A stretch of DNA of 64,000 bases from a virus: IMG/VR virus record IMGVR_UViG_3300005253_000050, positions 1 to 64,000 of that record, one strand, 5' to 3'. Positions 9,793 to 20,274 of this stretch are shown here, in pieces; position 1 is the first letter of the stretch; each line of letters starts with the position of its first letter. The notes beneath the pieces were generated by a model. The model was not told the DNA's origin, did no database searches, and saw nothing but the letters and a program-made list of their open reading frames with translations. The translations under genes and the position numbers were made by a program.

Positions 9793-11099
9793 GCGAAGAG
9801 GGAATCAGAAGAGAACCGGCTCACGAGCAAGCCCAGCGCGCCGTCATTGGCGCCCTGCTGATCCGCCCGTCCGAATTCCACTCCCTGCAGCTGGAGATAT
9901 CCGATCTAACCCTCCCGGATTGCCGCCGAGCCTTCGAGGCCATCACCGAACTTTGGGACGAGGGAATCACCCCCGATGCCCTCTCGATCGTTGATTGGAC
10001 CGAGGCCAACCGGGGTCGCACTCTGGACCTCGGTGAAATAGCTCACCTCTCGAGCTTCTCATCGCTTGCCTGGGAGACCCCGCGGTCCGCGGCCATCGTC
10101 CGCGACGCCGCCCAGGACAGGCAGGTCCGTCTCATCGCCGAGGGGCTCATGAAGTCCGACCGCCGCGGGTCGAAGCTCCTTGCCGAGGCGATGACCGCGT
10201 TCAATAAGATAGGGGACACCAGAAAAAAGGGGGCTGTTCTTCTCACCGATGCCGTCGCTGCGATTCTTACTGAGGCCGATCGACGCCAGAAGGGTGATAC
10301 GGGATCGCAAATTCTTACCGGCGTGCCTGCCATTGACGATCACCAACTCCTAGATCGCGGCGGGGTCCTGACCATCGCTGGCGCCACGTCGATGGGCAAG
10401 TCTGCGTGGGTACAGTATCTTGAGGAACTCTGGGCCACGCAAGGTGAACGCATCCTGCACTTCTCAACGGAGACTCAGACCCCAAGGGTGGCCCGGAGGT
10501 TCCTCGCCAAGGCCGGCGGACTGAACAGCAGAGACTTCGGGTACGGAAAAGACAACTCAGAGACGTGGAGGGCAATGACTCTCGGTGCCCAAAAGATTCA
10601 CGGGCACTCGATCTGGATTGACGACGAGAGCGACCGCGCACCCGACATGGCCAAGGCGATCCGCCGCCACCGCCAGCAGGACGGAATCACCATCGTGGTG
10701 GTCGACCACCTGCAGGAATGCATCGAGAACGAGGACCCGCGAAACGAGATGAACCGGCTGATCGCTTCGCTCCGATCGGCCTGCCGCGAGGAGCCTAAGA
10801 TCGCCCTCGTATTTATCTCGCAACTGACAAGAGGGTTGGACAACCGCCCCGACAGAAAGCCGCGCCTCTCGGATTTGAAGGAGTCCGGGTCAATAGAAAA
10901 TGCATCGGACGGGATCCATTTCGTATTCCGAGAGTACTACTACCGCGAGCAGGTGCCGATGTACAAAGAAGCGAGCCCGGGGGAGATGCTGATCAACAAG
11001 GCGAAGACCAGGGACGGACCCACGGGGTGGTTTGGTGTGAGTTGGGATCACAGCCGCGGCCAGGTGCGCGGGTTGCTAGCAGGAGACTTCGATGAATGA
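9789..11099 (+). CDS. dnaB: replicative DnaB-like helicase
   Basis: AGATSMGKS Walker A, FSTET, VVDHLQ, ISQLTR, PRLSDLKESGSIENASD, KTRDGPTG. Confidence 0.93.
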   Translation: MSEEGIRREPAHEQAQRAVIGALLIRPSEFHSLQLEISDLTLPDCRRAFEAITELWDEGITPDALSIVDWTEANRGRTLDLGEIAHLSSFSSLAWETPRSAAIVRDAAQDRQVRLIAEGLMKSDRRGSKLLAEAMTAFNKIGDTRKKGAVLLTDAVAAILTEADRRQKGDTGSQILTGVPAIDDHQLLDRGGVLTIAGATSMGKSAWVQYLEELWATQGERILHFSTETQTPRVARRFLAKAGGLNSRDFGYGKDNSETWRAMTLGAQKIHGHSIWIDDESDRAPDMAKAIRRHRQQDGITIVVVDHLQECIENEDPRNEMNRLIASLRSACREEPKIALVFISQLTRGLDNRPDRKPRLSDLKESGSIENASDGIHFVFREYYYREQVPMYKEASPGEMLINKAKTRDGPTGWFGVSWDHSRGQVRGLLAGDFDE

Positions 11100-11787
11100 C
11101 CATGAGAAAGTGGACATGAAAATCCAGCGGCCCCTAATTCTAGTCGGAGTTGACCCTGGCCGGACATCCGGGTACGGCATCCACTGCGATGACCTCAAGC
11201 GGGACTTCGCTCGGGGTTACGCCGTCCCGCACGACTGGCACTGGGGTCAGTGCAAAGGCGTGAACGGCCGGGACCTCCAGACTGAGTTCGGGTCGATCCT
11301 AGTTTTGATCTCCGCGTACTACTCCGCCGAGTGGACGATCGGAGATGAGTCCTCGGGCGAGCCCCTGATGGTGCTGAGAGGCACGGGTAAGGGCGAGCAG
11401 TGGTTCGCCTGCCCGGAGTTCCATTTCTACATCGAGGACCAGTTCATCATCGACGATCGCAAGGTCGCCAAGAGGGAGAGGATGGCAAAGCAGCGGGACG
11501 CCCTCGGGGTTGCCACGTCAAAGGGCCGCTGGCTGGCCATCGCTGAGACGTTCGGATTCCAGACCCATCAGGTGAATCCGACTGTGTGGCGCGAGGCCCA
11601 GCTCGGCAGGGGCTGGGGCAGTGTGCCCCGCAAACAGGTGAAGCGCCACGCCGTCGACCTAGCGAACAACATCTGGGGGCTCGGCCTGAAGAACAACCAG
11701 GACCACGGCGCCGAGGCGAGGTTCATCACCGAGTACGGGTGGATCGAGCAGAGCCAAATACGCCGCATGGCGAGGGCCGGCCGGTGA
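11092..11787 (+). CDS. RuvC-like Holliday junction resolvase
   Basis: LVGVDPGRTSG, YIEDQF, VNPTVWR, DHGAEA. Confidence 0.65.
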   Translation: MNDHEKVDMKIQRPLILVGVDPGRTSGYGIHCDDLKRDFARGYAVPHDWHWGQCKGVNGRDLQTEFGSILVLISAYYSAEWTIGDESSGEPLMVLRGTGKGEQWFACPEFHFYIEDQFIIDDRKVAKRERMAKQRDALGVATSKGRWLAIAETFGFQTHQVNPTVWREAQLGRGWGSVPRKQVKRHAVDLANNIWGLGLKNNQDHGAEARFITEYGWIEQSQIRRMARAGR

Positions 11788-12146
11788 CGAAGGCTGAGGC
11801 AGAGAGGATCCTCGAGTCCATTGAGACCACGTGCGACGATCTGATCGCCGAGCTCACCGGGTCCGTCAGCGCCGCCGTGCAGTCCCAGTGTGTTGGCATG
11901 ACGATGCTCAAGGAGCACCTCATGAAGGCGATGGACTTCCGCGGCTTCGCCTCCGACGAGGCCCAGGTGGACACCGCCCAGCTGCGGGGTCTGGTCGACA
12001 AATACTGCAGAGGGTTTTGTCCCTCGTCCCGAGCGGGGCCTCCAGGCCATGCCTCGCCTTGCCAGAGATGCCCCATTCGATACATCACCCTGGACCCATT
12101 GCTGCGGCAAGTACACCGCGCCGGAGAAACAGAACCACATGCCTGA
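11784..12146 (+). CDS. hypothetical protein
   Basis: GTGA coupling to the upstream gene. Confidence 0.6.
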   Translation: MTKAEAERILESIETTCDDLIAELTGSVSAAVQSQCVGMTMLKEHLMKAMDFRGFASDEAQVDTAQLRGLVDKYCRGFCPSSRAGPPGHASPCQRCPIRYITLDPLLRQVHRAGETEPHA

Positions 12147-12513
12147 ACGAGAACGGCTCCCAGCGGAGCGCAAGGCTATTAACGCTCGCCTGACCATCAT
12201 GGCCGGCAGCGATGAGTTCGAATACGATCTCACCGTCGGGTACTATCCGGACGGGCGGATCGCGGAAATTTTCATACGCACCCAGGACCCCGCGGCCGCG
12301 GTCTACGACGCCCTCGCGTGCACGATTTCCATTGCGCTCCAGCACGGATCTCCATTCGACTCCATCCGGAAGCACCTTGAGTTCCAGGGGAACGCCGGCC
12401 CGTCGGGCATGGCATGCGACGAGGCCGCCTGGAAGTCTAAGGTGAGCTCGCCGCTGGACATGATCGCGAAGTGGGTCGGGGACCACCAACAACTCGGAGG
12501 GGAAGATGCCTGA
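12139..12513 (+). CDS. stand-alone TSCPD domain (class II ribonucleotide reductase C-terminal-like)
   Basis: RERLP, LTVGYYPDGRIAEIFI, ISIALQHG, VSSPLD. Confidence 0.8.
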   Translation: MPERERLPAERKAINARLTIMAGSDEFEYDLTVGYYPDGRIAEIFIRTQDPAAAVYDALACTISIALQHGSPFDSIRKHLEFQGNAGPSGMACDEAAWKSKVSSPLDMIAKWVGDHQQLGGEDA

Positions 12514-13225
12514 CGTGAAAGAGCACCCGCAACTATTCAAGGCCGAGATGATTCTGGCGATCCTCGCCGGGCTGAAAACCATGACCCGGCGCGCGGTCAC
12601 CCAGAACAATAGTTTGATCGACGGGTCGGGCAAGGGGATCCGAGCGCACTGGCCCAAGCTGCAGTGGGACCGGGCGTGGCCCGACAGCGGGCCAACCGTG
12701 CGTCCTGGCCGCAGTCCCAGCTGGCGCGTCCCGTGTCTGCTACATGGTGGAATATCTCATCGCATCACCCCGCGTGTGAAAGCGGGACACTCACTCTGGT
12801 GCAAGGAGACGTGGAAGCTCCCCGCCTGGGACGGAGATCGCCAGGCCATTGGGGTTTGCTACCGGGCCACAGGTGACAAGACGCACTGGATAGAACGCGC
12901 TGATCACCTGGAGTTGGCAACGCGGTTGCTGGGTCGCAAGTGGCGGTCCCCGCTCCACATGCGCCGCGCCTTCGCGCGCCTCGTGCTCCCGGTGGTTCGC
13001 GTCGGCGCCGAGCGCCTGCAGGAGATCTCAGAGGCGGACGCGCTGGCCGACGGCGGCTGGGAATACGGAGCGTGTCCGATTCACAAGTCGCCGGTGAGCA
13101 GTTTCGAGATGCTCTGGAATTCCATAAATGGAGACCGCCCTGGGCTCGCCTGGAAAGACAACGTCCCGCTCTGGATCTACGAGTGGGAGAAAAAACAAGG
13201 AGATCGACCATGCACATCCCAATAG
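12506..13225 (+). CDS. ASCH/PUA-like phage protein
   Basis: MILAILAGLKTMTRR, LWCKETW, WRSPLHMRR, ERLQEISEADALA, FEMLWNSING. Confidence 0.8.
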   Translation: MPDVKEHPQLFKAEMILAILAGLKTMTRRAVTQNNSLIDGSGKGIRAHWPKLQWDRAWPDSGPTVRPGRSPSWRVPCLLHGGISHRITPRVKAGHSLWCKETWKLPAWDGDRQAIGVCYRATGDKTHWIERADHLELATRLLGRKWRSPLHMRRAFARLVLPVVRVGAERLQEISEADALADGGWEYGACPIHKSPVSSFEMLWNSINGDRPGLAWKDNVPLWIYEWEKKQGDRPCTSQ

Positions 13226-13494
13226 CCCACTGCTCTCAGTGCGGAACCGAGATCGTCGGTGAAGCTGAGGGGCATGTGTACTTCAGCCCCCTCTGTTCTG
13301 AGTGCGCGAGGTTCCTGGTTCCTCTGTACGGCGACCTCCCACGCGGCCACGCTTTCCTCGGCCCCTGGGAGGTTTCCAACATCAAGGAAAAAGCCAGGAA
13401 GAGAGCTGCAGACTGGCACAGGGCCAACCCTGGCAATATGCCTGCAAGCAAGACCAGGTCGTGGGCCGCTCGGATTTACGGAGTGGGCGAGTGA
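13210..13494 (+). CDS. small Cys-rich hypothetical protein
   Basis: CxxC...CxxC; RBS present. Confidence 0.55.
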   Translation: MHIPIAHCSQCGTEIVGEAEGHVYFSPLCSECARFLVPLYGDLPRGHAFLGPWEVSNIKEKARKRAADWHRANPGNMPASKTRSWAARIYGVGE

Positions 13495-14236
13495 TCTACC
13501 GCGGTGAAGGATGGGAGATCCGGACAGGACCCTGGGAGAACTCCCCCCCGCCCGAGGTCGACGTTTGCATCACTGATCCCCCCTTCGACATCGCCACCCA
13601 CGTCGGCCATGACTCGAGAACCGAAACCGGGCCGCGGTGAAGTTCGACCCCATCGATCCGTTCGTCGTCGCCCCCGCGCTTCTCGCTGTGACCCGCAGGT
13701 GGGTCGTGGCCTTCTGCTCCTTCGCCCAGCTCGGGCAGTACCAGGAGGCCGCCGGCGGAATGCGCAAGGCCGGTGGGAACTACGTCCGCGACGGCGCCTG
13801 GAAGAAGACGAACCCAGCGCCGCAGATGTCCGGGGATCGTCCCGCCACCTGGGGCGAGGCCATCGCCATCATGCACCCCCGGGCCCGGGCCATGCAGTGG
13901 AACGGCGGCGGACACGCAGCCTTCTGGGAGTCGCCGACGGCCCGCGGCAAGGAGAGACTCTCGCAGACCCCGAAGCCCGTCGCCCTCATGTGCCAGCTCG
14001 TCGAGGCCTTCACGCTGCCCGGGGAGATCGTCTGGGACGCGTACATGGGGTCCGGCACCACGGGCGTCGCGTGTCTCGAGCTGGGCCGGCGCTTCCTCGG
14101 GCACGAACTGGACCCGGCCCTGGCCGAGCTCGCAGCGCGCCGGCTCCAGGGCCTCGACGTCAAACCGCTCGCGCCGCCGCCCAACCCACAGACGAACATT
14201 TTCGCCAGCGCGGAAGATACCAAGGAGCACCTATGA
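13491..14236 (+). CDS. N6/N4 DNA methyltransferase split into 13491-13640 (DPPF) and 13637-14236 (SAM-binding)
   Basis: CITDPPF in the first ORF; TPKPVALM and WDAYMGSGTTG in the second; joined by a GTGA overlap. Confidence 0.75.
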
Positions 14237-15389
14237 CCGGCAACACCGATAAGCCCATGTACTCCCTGGAGTGTGCCGAGTGCGCCGCCGCCGTGTTTGA
14301 GCGAGATGAGGACGCCTACGGGGAGGGGGAGAGTTGCATCTGTCCGGAGTGCGATGGCCATTGCTTTGTCAGCGTAGACGACGCGGAGGACCCCCCGGTC
14401 GCATGGTGCGACACCATCATCCCGCCCCCGCTCCCCGCCGCCGATAAGGAGCACACGCATGGATAGGCCTCCGCCGCTGAGCGTGCTTGAAGGCGAGAAT
14501 CGTCGTGCCCATCGGCTGCCCAATGGGGCCACAATCATGATCAAAGGGGTTGGCATCTACAGGGGCGACGACCCACTTGGGCGCCACATAGCACCATCTC
14601 TGGTCCTGTACGGCTGGCCCCCTGGCAGTGACCCCGGTACAGACCCGTACACATACCAGCGGTGTTGGGATATCAAGACCCGTCGTCCGTGGTCTGATTG
14701 GAAGGAATTCAGATTCACCAGGGGTCGTGGCACCCTGGCCAACCTCGCCGCCGAGAAGGAGTAGAAATGCACTGCGGAATTTGCGGAGCCCAGGAAAGCA
14801 TCGAGCAAAAGAGCGTCGACGCAGAGGACACCACCACTCGGATGGAGTTCCAGATGCGCGTGGTCTTCTGCGTGGAGTGCGGGATATTCGGCATCGGCTT
14901 TGACCCCGTATCCGCGATGCTGGACTTCGGAAAACCTCGGGGGAAAAGCCTCGCGCCCGACTGGGTGCTGCCGCCCGAGTGGCTCCTGCCCAAGGACGGG
15001 AAGTACTCAGAGGCAGCGCGCCGTGTGATCGGAAGAGTGGACTGATGGCTGACGACGAAAAACCAATGGCCGCAGTCATTGACTTTGCTACCGCTGGGGT
15101 GCGCGCCAAAGACGGACCACCGCTCACCACCACGTACTCGCTGGGATGCAGGCACAAGCACTCGGTGATCGACAAGCGCGCTAGGTCGGTGGAGTGCCGC
15201 GACTGCGAAGCGAGCCTCGATCCAATCGAGGTGCTCTGGTATTTGGCGAACCACTACGCGCGGTACCATTACGCCCTCGACCAGGCCATAAGGGAGGTCA
15301 GAAAAATGGAGGCCCGGTTGAAAGAACTGAAGCGCGAGGAGCGAAACACCAAGGCTCGAATCGCTAGGGCCAAGCGCAAGGAGCACTGA
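14233..15389 (+). CDS. four coupled small hypothetical genes (14233-14466, 14459-14764, 14767-15045, 15045-15389), three with CxxC motifs
   Basis: Tightly overlapping ORFs with RBSs. Confidence 0.6.
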
Positions 15390-15754
15390 TGCCCGAGGTG
15401 ATCCCCATGGACATGCTGTGCGAGTACATCGGCGCGGTTCCATACGACATCCAGACCGAGGCCCTCCTGCAGCGCGGCATCTCCAACCAACTGATCCGGG
15501 TCGGGATCGAGCACAAGCGGGAGGTCCGCCTGTCGCCCACCGACCGGATCGACTTCATGGTCGGTCTCATCGGGGTGGAAGTGAAAACCAAAGGCAGCCG
15601 CGCCGCACTGATCCGCCAACTCCACCGCTACGCTCAGTCGGGCCTGGTGGACGAGCTGCTAGTGGTGACCACTGTCCCATCCCTCACCCGGGTACCCCGC
15701 GAGCTATGCGGTGTTCCCATCCGCACGCTCGTTCTGTCCGCGTGCCTGCTGTGA
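15389..15754 (+). CDS. PD-(D/E)XK nuclease-like protein
   Basis: EVRL...RIDFMV..IGVEVK...QLHRYA; coupled to the SNF2 gene. Confidence 0.65.
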   Translation: MPEVIPMDMLCEYIGAVPYDIQTEALLQRGISNQLIRVGIEHKREVRLSPTDRIDFMVGLIGVEVKTKGSRAALIRQLHRYAQSGLVDELLVVTTVPSLTRVPRELCGVPIRTLVLSACLL

Positions 15755-18618
15755 AAGCAAGCTACGGACAGATCGAGCTCGCCGGGAAGTTCTGGGTCAT
15801 CCAATGCGAGGCCCACGTCCGGATCCGTTTGAAGCGAGTCTTCGGCGGCGTTCGGAAAAGCGCCTACGACGAAGTCAAGCTGGCCGACTCTCCCGAGACC
15901 TGCCGTGAGCTGCTCTGGTTCTGCGACCGGTACCCCATGGAGATCACCCCGCGCGACTACATGCAGGAGCAGTCGGATCGCCACGAGCGCGAGGAGCAGA
16001 TGGTGTTCGAGATGGTGAGCGGGCACGTGCCGCCGGCGGAGTTCGACCTGGCGCTGCCACTGCGCGACTACCAGCGGATCGCCACCGACCTTGCGCTGAA
16101 GACCGGCGGCCTGCTGGTGGCGGACGACGTCGGTCTCGGAAAGACGGCTTGTGCAATCGGCGTCTTCACGGACCTGCGCACCCTGCCGGCGCTGGTGGTG
16201 ACGCTCACGCACCTCCCGATCCAGTGGCAGCGCGAGCTGAATCGTTTCGCCCCGAAGCTCTCCACCCACATCGTCAAGAAGGGAACGCCGTACGACATCA
16301 AAGGCGGCTGGCCCGACGTCCTGATCATGAACTACCACAAGCTCGCGGGCTGGGCCGACGTGCTAGCAAACCGAGTCCGCTCCGTGGTGTTCGATGAGAT
16401 CCAGGAGCTACGCACCGGTGCCGAGAAAAGCGCCAAGGGTGCGGCGGCCAATCACATCGCTAAGAGCGTCGGGTTCAGGATGGGGCTGAGCGCGACGCCG
16501 ATCTACAACCACGGCTTCGAGATGTTCAACGTGATGGAGTGCGTGCGCCCCGGCGCCCTCGGCCCCGAGCACGAGTTCCGTAATGAGTGGGTGGACAACT
16601 ACGGCCGGGTCAAGGATCCGCAGGCGTTCGGGACCTATCTCCGCGACGCGGGGATGATGCTGCGCCGCACCCGCGAGGACGTCCAGCGGGAGCTGCGGCC
16701 GCTGACCAAGGTGCCGCATTGGATCAGTGCCGACTTCGACGCGATGGACAAGGTCGCGCGCTCCGCGGATGAGCTGGCGCTGGCCATCGTGAACCCGGCG
16801 GATCTGAATCAGAAGGATCAGTTCGGCGCCGAGCGAGAGTTCAACTCGCTGCTGCGCCAGGCGACCGGCGTGGCGAAGGCTCCCTACGTCGCCGAGTTCG
16901 TCCGCATGCTTCTTGACCGCGGCGAGCAGGTGGTTCTGTACGGGTGGCACCGAGTGGTCTACAGCCTATGGCTCGACCGGCTGAAGGACTACCGGCCCGC
17001 GATGTACACCGGCTCGGAGTCTCCGAAGCAAAAGGACGAGGCGATCCAGCGGTTCATGGATCGGGATGCTCGAGTACTCCTGATCTCCCTCCGCTCCGGC
17101 GCGGGGCTCGACGGCCTCCAGCACCACACCCGCACTGTCGTCTTCGGCGAGCTGGACTGGAGCCCCGGCGTACACGAACAGTGTCTGTCCGATGACACCG
17201 AGGTACTTACTCGCAGTGGGTTCTGTGGAAGAGATGACGTTGAAGTCGGAGACGAGATTGCGGCCTTCGACTTGGCCGACAGCAGTATTCGATGGACCCC
17301 GGCGCAGAGCAAGACGGACCGCCCCATGTATGCCGGCGAACGGATGTATGCTGCCGTCACAGAAAAGACAGCGCTGCGGGTAACGGGCGAGCACCGACTT
17401 GTTGTCCGGCGAAGCACTCGCACAACAGAGGGGCGCGGGCGATCACCGTGGGAGATTGTTTTGGCGCAGAGCGTAGCAGGTGCTACGCGGCGATTCATTC
17501 CCACATGTGGATTTGAGGATGCACCAGGAGTAGATCTGACCGACTATGAGCTTCGGCTGATTGGTTGGTTCGTCACCGATGGCAGTTTCAATGGTAGGTT
17601 TGTGACTATTTTTCAGGCGGCCCATCAGCCATGGAACGAAGACCTTGTTGAGGTGCTGGACGGCTGCGACCTCACATGGCACCGCTACACACGACAGAAT
17701 CCAAGCGGTCCAATGAACCTCTACTGCATACCCAAAGGGACGCTTCATCGGTGGTCTAGAAATGAGGTCGACCGACTGCGAGAGATGCTGCGAAACGGGC
17801 TTGGATACAAGGATGTCTCGACTGCGCTGAATCGATCCGCGGCGGCGGTGGGAAAAAAAGCAAGGAAGCTGGAGTCCCATGGAGAGGGGATGCCAGTCGC
17901 CAAGCGAACCGTTCGCGGCTGGTTGCATCTACACGACTACTTGGACAAGGACCTGAGCCCATTATTGGAGCAGATAACTCGCAAGCAACTCATACAACTG
18001 CTGCGTGGAATATACATGGGGGACGGAGCCAAGAGCCCGAAGCTCAAGAACGTCACCCGGATCACTAGCGTCAACAAGCTGTTCATGGACAGACTGCAGT
18101 CGCTCTGTGTCCGGCGTGGATTCTCTGCGACGATATCCCGCCGGAAAGCAAAAACGAGCGCCGGAAATACGGCCTACGATATTTTCATTTCGGAGGCGGC
18201 GGACGCCAGCCTTCCTGGTGCAAACAAACGCAATGGATTTGCTGAATCACCCCGGACTGATCGCGAACGCGTCTGGTGTGTGACGAACGAAATGGGCACT
18301 CTGATCACTCGCCGCAACGGCAAAGTTGCAATCGTAGGAAATTGCATCGGGCGGGTCCACCGCGACGGCCAGCTGGACCCTGTTACTGCCTACTACCTGC
18401 TCGCCGAGGTGGGGGTCGACCCGTTCATGAGCAAGGTCCTCGGAATCAAGCGGACGCAGATCGAGGGCATCAAAGATCCGACGGGCGCAGCCCAGCCCAA
18501 CTACGACGTCGCTGGCGACAGCATCAAGCAGCTGGCCCGGGATTATCTGGAGCAACGCAAGAAGACGAAAGGAACGGAGCATGCAGGCAACTTCGATCGA
18601 GTGGTGTATTTCGACTGA
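15751..18618 (+). CDS. SNF2-family helicase interrupted by an intein
   Basis: LRDYQ, ADDVGLGKT, FDEIQ, LSATP, GAGLDG, Q|CIGRVHR. Confidence 0.92.
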   Translation: MKASYGQIELAGKFWVIQCEAHVRIRLKRVFGGVRKSAYDEVKLADSPETCRELLWFCDRYPMEITPRDYMQEQSDRHEREEQMVFEMVSGHVPPAEFDLALPLRDYQRIATDLALKTGGLLVADDVGLGKTACAIGVFTDLRTLPALVVTLTHLPIQWQRELNRFAPKLSTHIVKKGTPYDIKGGWPDVLIMNYHKLAGWADVLANRVRSVVFDEIQELRTGAEKSAKGAAANHIAKSVGFRMGLSATPIYNHGFEMFNVMECVRPGALGPEHEFRNEWVDNYGRVKDPQAFGTYLRDAGMMLRRTREDVQRELRPLTKVPHWISADFDAMDKVARSADELALAIVNPADLNQKDQFGAEREFNSLLRQATGVAKAPYVAEFVRMLLDRGEQVVLYGWHRVVYSLWLDRLKDYRPAMYTGSESPKQKDEAIQRFMDRDARVLLISLRSGAGLDGLQHHTRTVVFGELDWSPGVHEQCLSDDTEVLTRSGFCGRDDVEVGDEIAAFDLADSSIRWTPAQSKTDRPMYAGERMYAAVTEKTALRVTGEHRLVVRRSTRTTEGRGRSPWEIVLAQSVAGATRRFIPTCGFEDAPGVDLTDYELRLIGWFVTDGSFNGRFVTIFQAAHQPWNEDLVEVLDGCDLTWHRYTRQNPSGPMNLYCIPKGTLHRWSRNEVDRLREMLRNGLGYKDVSTALNRSAAAVGKKARKLESHGEGMPVAKRTVRGWLHLHDYLDKDLSPLLEQITRKQLIQLLRGIYMGDGAKSPKLKNVTRITSVNKLFMDRLQSLCVRRGFSATISRRKAKTSAGNTAYDIFISEAADASLPGANKRNGFAESPRTDRERVWCVTNEMGTLITRRNGKVAIVGNCIGRVHRDGQLDPVTAYYLLAEVGVDPFMSKVLGIKRTQIEGIKDPTGAAQPNYDVAGDSIKQLARDYLEQRKKTKGTEHAGNFDRVVYFD
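17182..18342 (+). mobile_element. 387-aa intein with LAGLIDADG homing endonuclease
   Basis: Starts CLSDDTEVLT; block B VTGEHRL; LIGWFVTDG and LRGIYMGDG; ends VWCV...IVGN|C; lower GC than the exteins. Confidence 0.93.
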
Positions 18619-19327
18619 TGGATCCAAGGGGTTTACCTGGTCGCCGTCGACCGGGTGCCTCGGCCCGGGCGGGACGCTCGAACAGCCGCGGCGTTGTCCG
18701 GGCTGCTACGCTGCGGTCATCGCCGCGCGCTGGGGAAAGACCGACGTGACCAAAGGCTTCCTCCCAGAGTTCCACGAGCGCCGCCTCACGGAGCCAGCCA
18801 AGCGGAAGAAGCCGACCACCATCTTCGTCTGCTCGATGGCGGATCTCTGGGGCGACTGGGTTCCGGACGAGTGGATTCGGAAGGTGCTGAAGGTCGCCCT
18901 CGAGTGCTCGCGCCACACCTTCATCTTCCTCACGAAGAACCCGAAGCGGTATCGGGAGTTCGATCCGTACCCTCACAACGTCTGGCTCGGGGCGACGACG
19001 CGGACCAGGCCCGAGTACGTCCGCGCCGCCCACGCGCTGGACCAGGTGGCCGCGGCGGTCAGGTTCGTTTCGGTGGAGCCTATGCTCGGCCCAGTGCATC
19101 TTGACTCCAGTGGCTTCTGGAAGCCCGACTGGATCATCATCGGCGACCTCAACCGCAGCGGCAGGCCCACCGGCACAACCCAGGCCGAGTGGGTGACCGC
19201 ATTGACAGCGGACGCTAGGCGTCATAAAATTCCGGTGTTTCATAAAGACTCACTGGCGGCCCGCGGCTTCACGTCGCGAGAACTACCTGGAGGACATTAT
19301 GCCCGAGAGCAACAGCAACTCATCTAG
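18581..19327 (+). CDS. DUF5131 (phage Gp37/Gp68, radical-SAM-like) protein
   Basis: IEWC, TGC...CPGCYA, IFVCSMADL, HTFIFLTKNP, NVWLG, FVSVEP. Confidence 0.88.
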   Translation: MQATSIEWCISTDGSKGFTWSPSTGCLGPGGTLEQPRRCPGCYAAVIAARWGKTDVTKGFLPEFHERRLTEPAKRKKPTTIFVCSMADLWGDWVPDEWIRKVLKVALECSRHTFIFLTKNPKRYREFDPYPHNVWLGATTRTRPEYVRAAHALDQVAAAVRFVSVEPMLGPVHLDSSGFWKPDWIIIGDLNRSGRPTGTTQAEWVTALTADARRHKIPVFHKDSLAARGFTSRELPGGHYAREQQQLI

Positions 19328-19565
19328 CCCGGTGCCGAGCAACCCGCCTCCGCCGATTCCACCTCGAGCCCGTTCATTCCTGGCCTGGGCTTCCTGGATC
19401 CTGCTGCTCGGCGGCCCGAGCTTCGGCGGCGCCATCGCACTCCTGCTCGACGGGACTCCGGCCAAGGCCTGCACCATCCTCCTGGGCTTCATGGTCTCGG
19501 CCGCCGCCGGCATCAAGGGCGGCCTGGCCGTCCCGTGGAAGGCCCCCCCGGAGGCGAAGCCATGA
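19299..19565 (+). CDS. putative holin
   Basis: Two hydrophobic helices, directly upstream of a glycoside hydrolase gene. Confidence 0.5.
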   Translation: MPESNSNSSSPVPSNPPPPIPPRARSFLAWASWILLLGGPSFGGAIALLLDGTPAKACTILLGFMVSAAAGIKGGLAVPWKAPPEAKP

Positions 19566-20233
19566 ACATGATCGCCCACCAGGCCGTGCAGTTGGACCCG
19601 TGCAAGGGCTTCGACTATGCCGGCCACCTCACCGAGAAGAACGTCGACGACTTCGTTGCGGACGACCACCAGTTCGGCATCCGGTACGTGGCCCGGAAGC
19701 TCTGGGTCCACGATAAACCGAAGGCGTACTACGGCGGCTGGCTCTACGGGCTGAGCACCCAAGAGGCCAACATCGCCATGGCCGGCAGGCTGGCCATCGG
19801 CGTGGTGCAGTCGTTCAGCCACAGCACCGCGGCCACCTATGAGAACGGATTCCTCATGGGGACAATCGCCGCGGCGAACCTGCTGGGGATCGGGGTCCGC
19901 GCGCGCATCCATCTGTTCTGCGACCTCGAGCACGCCCGAGTCCCGGACGCCGACATGATCGCCTACCTCAACGGGTGGAGCATGGCGGTGATCCCGTACT
20001 TCCGCTGCGGGCTCTACGTGGGCTATCACTACCTCAACGGCCGGCAGCTCTACGGGCTCCCTCGGTTCGACTGCTACTGGTCCAGCGCCATGGCTCACAT
20101 GGGCGACCCGCAGCCCAGGGGCTTCGCGATGAAGCAGGGCTACCCGACCCGACTCCACGGGTGCCACATCGATCCCGACGAGCTCACCGGAGACAACTTC
20201 GGCAAGGGTCCGTACTTCCTCAAGGCAGCCTAG
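19562..20233 (+). CDS. DUF1906/GH25-like glycoside hydrolase, putative endolysin
   Basis: KGFDY, FGIRYV, LSTQEA, LFCDLE, GLYVG, IDPD. Confidence 0.72.
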   Translation: MNMIAHQAVQLDPCKGFDYAGHLTEKNVDDFVADDHQFGIRYVARKLWVHDKPKAYYGGWLYGLSTQEANIAMAGRLAIGVVQSFSHSTAATYENGFLMGTIAAANLLGIGVRARIHLFCDLEHARVPDADMIAYLNGWSMAVIPYFRCGLYVGYHYLNGRQLYGLPRFDCYWSSAMAHMGDPQPRGFAMKQGYPTRLHGCHIDPDELTGDNFGKGPYFLKAA

Positions 20234-20274
20234 CTGTCCTCAATTCTGACCGACAAACCCAAAGGATATTAGAC

